64,000 nt of DNA from Lama glama. Its lineage: Eukaryota. The stretch lies in contig CM052816.1 in the NCBI GenBank assembly GCA_028534125.1, positions 66,466,001 through 66,530,000 on the forward strand. Direction: 5' to 3'. A program made the translations under genes and the position numbers. Shown in pieces: positions 55,190-64,000 of the stretch (positions within the stretch are counted from its first letter, which is position 1; each line of letters begins with the position of its first letter). The notes beneath the pieces were generated by a model. That model had not been told where the DNA came from. It worked only from the letters and a program-made list of their open reading frames with translations, and did not search any database.

Positions 55190-56088
55190 TTAAGTATCAA
55201 CATTTAGTGAGTTCTTCCTTCAGTATAGAATACAGCACTAGCTGTTGTGAGGAGGGAAAAAGAGTTAAAATTAAGAGCCTGTCCCTGCAGCAGCCTGAGT
55301 AGTTTTATCACTTAGACTGCAACATAGTTTTTGACAATAAGGCTGATCATTTCAAGAGAAAGATAACGCTTTGAATGCAATGGGAGGAAAGGGACCAGAG
55401 TATACATGTGCAGTCATTTCTATCACCACCATCCCCCTCCTGTGAAGCCTTGCCTGTCCCTCTTTGTATGATCAGGCACCATGTCTTTTCCTTAATCATG
55501 CCTTACTCTGTATTCCCATATTAATGAGTCAATTCTCTATTACAGCATGACAACCTCAATTATAGGAAATTGTGTGTCTCCCTACCTGGTTAAATTGTGG
55601 ACAGAGATCAGGTCTTTTCCTCTGTACACTCCTAGAGAACAGCATAACACCTACTACAGAAGAGACAATCAATATTTATTGAATGAATGATTACATAAAC
55701 TTAGATGCTGAGATTTGGAGTCATTAGTTTAAGTTGATAGTTTAAAATTCAAGACATAAAAGGTATAGTATGTACTTAGAAGAAAAGAGCTCTTTGATGT
55801 AACACAAAATACCTGAAACCAAAATATTTAAAACAAAATTGGAAAGCCTTCCTGTCACTAGTCTTCTCACAACTTTCAGCAGATAACTTTCATTCAAATA
55901 AGATAATTTTAGAGTGTTATCTGTCGATGTTTTAAAATGGCAAAGAGGAGAGGAACTGGCAGTGTTCAACAAGACCAAGTGTTCTATTATGATTTTTATC
56001 AAAACATTATTACTCTATCATTTTATCCTAGACACAGAAATAGTTACATCCAGTATTGTTCTTGTCATTGTTGTTTTCTTCCAGTTTT

Positions 56089-56337
56089 TTAGCTTTCTAT
56101 TTTTTTAATTTATTTTTCTTTTTTTATTGAAGTATAGTCAGTTTACAGTGTTGTATCAATTTCTGGTGTACAGCACAAAGTTTCAGTCATACATATACAT
56201 ACATATATTTATTTTCATATTCTTTTTCATTATATGTTACTACATGATATTGAATATAGTTCCCTGTGCTGTCCAGTATAAACTTGTTGTTTATTTATTT
56301 TATATATAGTAGTAGTATCTGCAAATCTCAATGTCCA
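56089..56337 (-). mobile_element. Young L1 3' end in the GAPT intron, inserted at the tail of an older L1
   Basis: Reverse-complement L1 tail; TSD CTTCCAGTTTT at 56078-56088 and 56338-56348. Confidence 0.88.
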
Positions 56338-56344
56338 CTTCCAG

Positions 56345-56562
56345 TTTTATTGAGATATAATTGACATAAAACATTGTATTTGTTTAAGGTCTAAAACACG
56401 ATGATTTGATATATGTATATATTGTGAATTGATTATCACACTAAATTTAATTAACATCCATTACTCACAGTTATAATTTTTTTCTTGTGATGAGAACTTT
56501 TATGATCTATGCTCTTAGCAACTTTTAGTATACAATAAGTATTGTTAACTATAGTCATCCAC
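56345..56562 (-). mobile_element. Older L1MA-type 3' end in the GAPT intron
   Basis: tttattgagatataattgaca...atgatttgatatatgtatatattgtgaa...ttaactatagtcatc. Confidence 0.8.
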
Positions 56563-58195
56563 TATTGTTAATAGTGCATATGGGGTGATTAGCATCATCT
56601 ATTGAATGTCAACATCAATAATATTTAGGTATTTGGGGTCAGCTTCTAAACACTTACATGGATTATCTCATTAACCCTACCATGCATAGCTGTCATGTGA
56701 AATACATACTACTGTTAAATCTATTTTATGTATGAGAAGAGAGGATTAAAAAAATTAAATAACTTCTTTAACAACTAAGAAGTGATTAATTCTGGACTCA
56801 AATAAAAATTTCCCCCCAATATTATTCTTACCTAAGTTTTTTTAAATGTTTATCAAGCACATCCATCACTAAATTTTTAAAGCTTGATTAGCTCTGAGGT
56901 TCTTGAGGGCTGGGAAGCACATCTTATTTATCTATATTACTAGCAGCAGCACTAGACACAGAAGAGCTAATTTATTAAATATTTGTTAACAAATTATTAA
57001 GATAACAACCGTAATGATAATAGGAAAAAAGAAAATACAGGAAATTGTGCCTTACTCCCAGTGAATATTCATGTACAACAGTGAACTTTTCTGAATTTGT
57101 TCAAGGTTGGAATACATCACTGTACAACTTTTCAACTTGGCATTTCAAAGGAAATACAAATGAAATATGACATGTAATTAACTTGTAAAATGTATTTGAT
57201 GAAACTATAGGACAGACATCCCAGATCGTGACATCTTTTAACCTCTTTGGAAGGTCTGTAGGTTCCCTCCTTCTCTAAGGCCAGACACTGCTTGTGTTCA
57301 AGGGCAAAGGTTTGGCAAGTGACTTTAACCATGAGGACCCCAATTCCTTTTTGTAACAGATGAGAACTGACCATATGTAAGATATTTTACAGTATAAATG
57401 ATTACTCAGTTAAGCAAATATTTGCCAACATATATGAACTAAATTCAAATACTGATCAAAATTAATCAGCTTTTTAAAAGGTGCTGGGACTACAACAGAA
57501 GTGGGGAAAGCTAACTATAATCTCCTAAGGATAAGGTAATAAATTGTTCTCTGGTTTTCCAAGAGGAGGATTCATTTTTATAATCAGTGTTGTTCTATAT
57601 AGAGTAGACATTTTAGTACATTCCCAATATTAAAATTGTCAAAAAAAAGTGTTCACTGAGATAAAGACAAGGAGACATTATACAGGAAAGTAAATGCACC
57701 CTTTCCCTTTCTTGAGAATAACTTATTAGGAAAAAACCTGCGAGAAATAAGCAAAGACCTACTAGAATGAAGACATATGTTAAACAACAGTCCGACAAAT
57801 ATAACTTACAAGTTTCACTTTGCCCAATTTGAAAGAAGACTATTTGCTTTTGTTTTGGAAAATAATTCCAACAGATTACCTAACAATTATTCATTTGTCT
57901 TTAAATCACAAATTGTTGACAAACTTCTGAAATTTTTCAAATCAGATACTGCCCTTCTGTTTGGAAAATAAGGCAACAACGAAGCATAATCTTATACTTG
58001 TGAGCCTACATACTGGTAAAGAAACAGGAATGTCACTCTCAGTTTCTAAATTGGTTTTTCACCCAATGGCCACCTATGCCAATTTTCCTACACTGTTTGA
58101 TAAAATAAAGTCATTAATTATTTAAAATGAGCTAGGTTTTTTTTTTTAAATACAGTTTTTATTACCCAAACAGCTTAAATCAGGTTCTTACTCAC

Positions 58196-58290
58196 CTTGA
58201 GATTTGAATGCCAAGCACTGTTTTGTTCTTTTGGTTATGTTTTAAACTTGCTCTGGCTTAGAACTCGTTCCTCTTTTTTGTGTAAGTCAG
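58196..58290 (-). other. GAPT: Probable non-coding first exon of GAPT (5' end approximate)
   Basis: Consensus donor AAG|GTGAGT at 58196/58195, directly downstream of an ETS/GC-box/GATA cluster. No ATG on the minus strand in this segment. Confidence 0.6.
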
Positions 58291-58420
58291 TTACTTCCTT
58301 CTTTAACCCCGCCTTTCAAATATTTCATACTTGAAAAGTTTCCTGGCTCTAGAGGAAGTTCTTATCAGATGCCCCACAATTAAGATAAATTGTATGAGTT
58401 TTTGAATAAGGAAGTCCAGC
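58265..58420 (-). promoter_or_regulatory. GAPT: Putative haematopoietic GAPT promoter
   Basis: AAAAAAGAGGAAC (reverse complement of 58267-58279, PU.1-like), AAGGAAGTAACT (reverse complement, ~58289-58300), GC box CCCCGCC 58307-58313, AGAGGAAGT+CTTATCA (ETS+GATA, 58351-58367), AGATAA ~58383, AGGAAGT ~58410. Confidence 0.6.
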
Positions 58421-61400
58421 CCTTTGTCATAATCCAGTAATATTCTCCAACTATATTAAAAAAAGATGCATGAAGCCTAGTTGGTTTTTTATTTGAACAA
58501 TATTTGCAGTCCTCACTTTAGAATCAATAAAAGTCATTTAATTTGCACTTCAAAGTTTTTAAAAAGAAATACTTTAAAATGCAGTAATACATAGGTCTTA
58601 TTTACTTGTCTGCTTGTCTGCTAGAACAGTCCTTGTTCCAAATACTATGTCCCAATGCCCCAGGCTACATCTTACACTTGTCAAACCCGTATCCCAATTT
58701 TGGTTCAGAAGGTGTTAGTATGAATTTAAATTGATAAAATAGGAATTTCCTAAAGTATATTTCAAGGTGAATTACTTCTGGGATTTTCTAGTAGGTCTTT
58801 CAAATAAATTAGGGAAATAGAGATTCAGGTAAGCATATTAATGACATTTATCATATTAAAGGCCATGAGCTGTCCTACAGCAAACAAAAAAAAAAAAGAA
58901 AGAAAAATTATGTAACTTCATTTAATAATAGTAGCCAGCATTTTCTGAGCACTTCCTATGTATTCTAAACACTTTGTGTACTTACTACTAAGTAAATCCC
59001 GACAGCAACCTGATGAGGGAGGACTCTATGCATCCTCTCTAACGGAGGAAGAGGGGATGAAAACAGAGTGGTGAGATAATCACCCCCCATGGGGCTGGCA
59101 GCTGGCCTCCGGCACCTGTGTGCTACTGCCACTAACCTAGCTGTCTCTGTAGGCTGAATGACACATTTCCAACACAGAACTCTTATTTAATAGCATCTCT
59201 CAGAAAACAACTCCGTGGAATGCCAAAATGGGAAATGCTGAATTAGATGAGATGATAAAGTAATGGAAATTTTGCTAACTTAAGTTGTACTGGAACTTTT
59301 TCAACCACAGAGCATGAACTTTGTATATGGGTGGTTTAAATGAAGATTTAGTTACTGGGATACCAATGGGACATTCAAAAAACAGTACTGTCAGTGCTGA
59401 CTGGACGTCGCCACTGTGCCAGGCATTGTGCTACGCAACGGGTGCAACAGGGAACAAACTCCCTGCACCACCTAAAGCCTAGTCAAGAGGCTGCTGTAAC
59501 CACAGATCATTTCAGATCAAGGTGATAGGAGCCCAGAAAGGAGCCCATTATGCACAGGGAACCGTGGGAGAAAGGAAAAGAGACATCCAGCTCAGAGTTA
59601 TCAGGAAAAGGAAGACCTGAGCAAAGCCTCACAGAATAAGATGGAGATAATCAAGGCAGAACAGGAGTGTTCAAGGCAAGGATTCCCAAGTGAAGGAGAT
59701 TATGAAGTTGTGAACCTACGAATGTGAACGTGCTCTCCAGGCCCACCAGTATATTTCACTGCAATACTAGCCACCCCTCCAAGTAATACACACTCACATG
59801 GGCACACAATCCACAAATAATGTAATAAATACAATATTTATGTAAATCACATGGTCTACTTTAGAACTCAGGACAGTTGGATATTCATCCAGATTTTGCC
59901 ATTTAAACTTAGAAAAAGTATTTAACCCTTTATCGCTTTAGTTTTTCAAAGACAAATAAAATGAAGGGATATGGTCCTTTTTTCTAGATAGGATTTATTT
60001 TTGAGTAACAGATATAAGATATAACCGTTCTTTGACTTTACAGAAGAAATGCTCTATATATACACTCAAAATAGAATCATTGTGTACTCATTATTTGATG
60101 GATCAGGTACTATGACTTGAGTTCTATGTTTTCCTACTTCTCTGTCTTTGGACTAGCAAGACACATTTTTATTGGCTTCTCACAGTTTCCTTTTTAATCA
60201 CAGCGCTTATATCTAGGGTTTCTTCTCCTGCTGTTCCTTCCATCATGTGGTTTGGGTAGCAGAAGGCCTGGGAGGTCAGTTGTTCTATAGTGTAATTTGG
60301 ACTGGACAGTTTATCCAAATAGACCTTTTTCTCCTACTAACTAATGGCTAACAACCACTTTACTTAACTGTGATTTAAATTCCTAGCAATTTCTTTTGTG
60401 TCAGTTAATATCTATATATTTTAACCATGTACTTTTTCAGATACTTGAGCAGAGTAATATTAGTGATGATAGACATGGACAAACATTTATGTATATGGAT
60501 TTTATTTGAAAGCTTGCCTGACTAAAAACAACTCCCTGGATATTCTGTAAGGAGCCCCCAAACTCCATGCTACTGGTGAAAGACATTACGGAAATGTACA
60601 TTTTAGCATAAGGCATTATGTCGCCTGGGAAAGGTAATACACTTACTAGCTAGCAAATTTATTAATACTGATTGGTTTATGAGATTAACCAAAAATCAAC
60701 TAGAGCTTTAATGGAATAAGTCACTGCCTTCCAACTACTAAAGTTTCACTGTGAGGGCTAAAGAGTTAAAATTTTAAAGTGAGGACGTTGAGCAGTTGAA
60801 AGTGAGGAGAGAAGGCATGAATAAGAAGGGGTCAAAATGAAACCAGTGCAGTTATGCTTTGAGCCAATCCAGCCAGCAGCTGGCAAACTTAAATCATACA
60901 ATTCTGAGGAGGTGGGAATGGATTTTACTGGAAGAGATCTGAGGCATTATTAAGACAAGGAATTCATTCTCAAACCTGAAAGTCTATCTAGATCAATTAT
61001 GAAGCTTTTTAAAAAATGCAAATTCCTAGGACTCTGGGGATTCTGCTTCATTATGTCTAGGGCTCAGGGATCTTTATTTTGAAAGTTAAGAACAATTTCA
61101 AGGAATTTCTAAGTTAGAGGAATAAGTGATTGCACAAACTGTGGGGGGAGGAATTTTACTTTTGATTTTACACTCTTTAACATTATTTTATCTTTTTTCA
61201 TTAACATGTATCACTTTTATAACAAAAATGAACACTGAAATCACCCAGATGGTTTTGACTTATGGCCAGGGTTGGAAACTATTGATACAAATGAACCCTG
61301 TGAGGGTGAGAGAAGTGATGTGATTTACTCCATAGCCTCCAGCCTAGAAAGTAGAAATCTAGCCCAGATATCAAAACAGTCTCCTGACTCTGACCCAGTA

Positions 61401-61699
61401 CTTTTCTAATATACCACACTATCTCCATGAGGAGTAGATACAAAGTCAGTTCCTAGATGTCTGTCAGAATATATATGACAGGAAGTTAGAGACAAGAAAA
61501 CGAGAAAGACCCGTCATGGATGCCACAGGTAGTGAAGCATGAAAGATGTTACTCTGCTGGTGAAACATTTTATTGTGAAATCTGCCACCTGAAATACCTG
61601 TCATGACTAAAGAGAGGTACACGGTTATGGCTCATGTGACAACTCAGAAAGGTGAGGTTATGGTCAAGGGCTAAAAAAGAAGACACAAAGAAAAACAAA

Positions 61700-62220
61700 G
61701 TAAAAAGACCCAAGAATTCCACTCCTAGGTATATACTCAATAGAAATGAAAGCCATCTGTGTTTATGACCACTTCCTTCATGATATCCCAAAGCTCTAGA
61801 AACATTTCAGATGTCCATCAACAATACAATGGGTAATGGATCATGGTAAATCCACATAATGGAGTACAGCACAACAATGAAAAAACCAAGGTACTGATAT
61901 GCACAACAACATGGATCAATCTCAAACTTAATATAGAATTAAAGAAGCTACACACAAAAGAAGACATATGTATGATTCCATTCCTGAAATCATGTAAAGC
62001 TTACCTATGAACATATAATGATAGAGGTCAGAAGAGTGGTAATTACTATAGACTGGGAGGTACATAAGTTAGCCTTCTCAGATGCTAGAAAAGTTCTACA
62101 TCTTGATCTTTGTGGTGGCTAAAAGATGTATATATATATATATATAACTATTCATCAAGCTGTCCATTTAATATTTGTGTACCATATTATGTAAATTGTA
62201 TAGTAATTTAAAAAAAGAAA
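61700..62220 (+). mobile_element. Old L1M 3' fragment
   Basis: gacccaagaattccactcctaggtatatac...gatgtccatcaaca...acaacatggatcaatctca...tcttgatct...A-rich tail. Confidence 0.8.
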
Positions 62221-64000
62221 TTGGTAATAAATAGTAGGACAGCTCTTTCAAACGTCATGAAAAATTGAGATAACTAGATATATGTTTTCTATTCATTCAG
62301 ATCACTGTCTTTTTTGGTAAGCTGGTCTACTAATACGAGTAGGGGAAAATTTTGTTAAATTGCAGGTACACTTTGAGCTGGATGAATTATAACTTTATCT
62401 GAAGCATCCTGAGTCTGGAAGTTGGCAAAGGTTGATGGGAGTTATTAATGAATCTCGAACTTCCACCAAGTCAAAGCAGGAAATTTCTACTTTCTGAGAT
62501 TATGAATATGGTCTTTCATTGGCACACCTTGACTTACTTGAGGGATGTGTTGCTGAAAAATTATATCCAATCTAAAAACACAGGTTGAAAGCAATTTTAC
62601 CTAAAAAAGAATAATTCTGGGATCTTGGGCAAGAAACACAACTTCCCCATCTTGCTTTCTTCATCCATAAAATAACAATGGATTCAATAATCCCCAAGGT
62701 TCCTTCAAATTCTACTAGGTAGAAATGAACATCATAAAAATGGTCATGACATTCAGAACAGGATGTTTAAAAGTGGTTTTCATGCTTGGTATACACTTCC
62801 TTTTACTCCAACTCCCTTTTTTCATCATAAGTCTTTCCTAATTGTTAACACAGATCAGATAACATGTCTTGAAACTTGCTTCAACTTCAGTTGAACAACA
62901 TTTCTTTCTCCTTCCCCCATTCTTTCCCCTATTATTGCTTCAGATTAAAATACATGGACATTAGAAAGCTGAATAATCATTCAATATGAAAAAATTGAAA
63001 ATATTTTACTTCGTCATGAAAAAATTGAAAGCTGCATAATTTAGCAGCCCTATACCAGAAACACCATTCATCTTAGACTGTGTATATAACTGTACAAGTC
63101 AGGTAATTGGTAAACAAGTCCAACAGATTTTTCTTTTGTTCATTTGAGAAGGAGAGTCCTGTAAACTAGGATTAATAATAGACACCAGGTCCGTCACTGT
63201 TTGATTCTGCCAACTTCTTCAGCAAATGTTGCAAGGCATTGCATAGCATTCTTTTAAAATAACTGGACGTATTTTGAAACTTTACACTGTAGTGAGGCTG
63301 GATGTGAGAACTATTGGGTAGTAGACGCCTTTCACCCACAGACAGTGTTGATTACTATCACCATTTCACACCTGGCAGGGAGGGGGTCCTCGGGGGTGAT
63401 CACTTGTCAGAAGAACGAGTCTTCAGAGCACTTTGTTTGAAGACCTTGAATGATCTTATTTGCACACTGATTCTGAGCAGGAAATTAGGGAGGGGTAGAG
63501 ACCAGTATCTATTTTAGAGTCACTTTTTTTCCCAAACTGAGGTAGCGCCCTCTGCATCTTTATTCCCAGGAGGAGTAGAGGGTGAAGAAAACAACAAACA
63601 CTAACAGAGTGGGTGAGGCAGGGGACCTGTCTAAAAGGGTCCTGATAATGAGGCCCTCTTTCTCTCATGTGGGAATCATCATCAGGTGAACATTGGTGGA
63701 TACTTACCCGGAACAGGAGGGCATTTAGTGCATGAGGCATACATTGTTAAAGGTCTCAGATAGGGCAGTGTTATGTCCCGGCTAAGCCAGCTTCTCTGAA
63801 TCCCACGTTCAAGCTTCCTTGTAGACCACTGGCTTCTCTTTGGAAGACCAGGCTAAGTCATGTTCTTTCTTAAGAGACATATCTCACCATGAAATGGTCC
63901 TTTCATTAGTTAACTTATCAGAATTTTCAGACCACCTCCCTTTTCAGAATCTATCCTATCTTTAACATTAACTAGCAGTCACAGAGAACCTCAATTTCTT

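Overview
AT-rich mammalian genomic DNA covering the GAPT-RAB3C locus, with both genes on the minus strand. The left end holds a CpG-island promoter with two candidate RAB3C first coding exons: MRHEAPMQ (1958-1981) and an upstream alternative, MELYGK (2761-2778). Bases 1-1957 are RAB3C intron 1. About 51 kb of repeat-rich intergenic DNA follows (L1 3' ends of several ages, L2, MIR, ERV1/ERVL/MaLR LTRs, hAT MERs). GAPT lies at about 54.3-58.3 kb, with a single coding exon, a non-coding first exon and an ETS/PU.1/GATA-type promoter. The most striking observation is that the GAPT frame stays open for 116 codons upstream of the canonical-type start. It begins at an ATG just inside the exon and encodes a signal-peptide-like N-terminus plus a ~100-aa segment with 4 Cys and 4 N-glycosylation sequons. 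This suggests a 274-aa type I receptor-like GAPT rather than the known ectodomain-less adaptor. The repeat content (young L1 tails, no recognisable Alu/B1/Bov-A/PRE1/Can-SINE) points to a camelid-like artiodactyl, which is an inference. Repeat family names and boundaries were judged by eye and are approximate.
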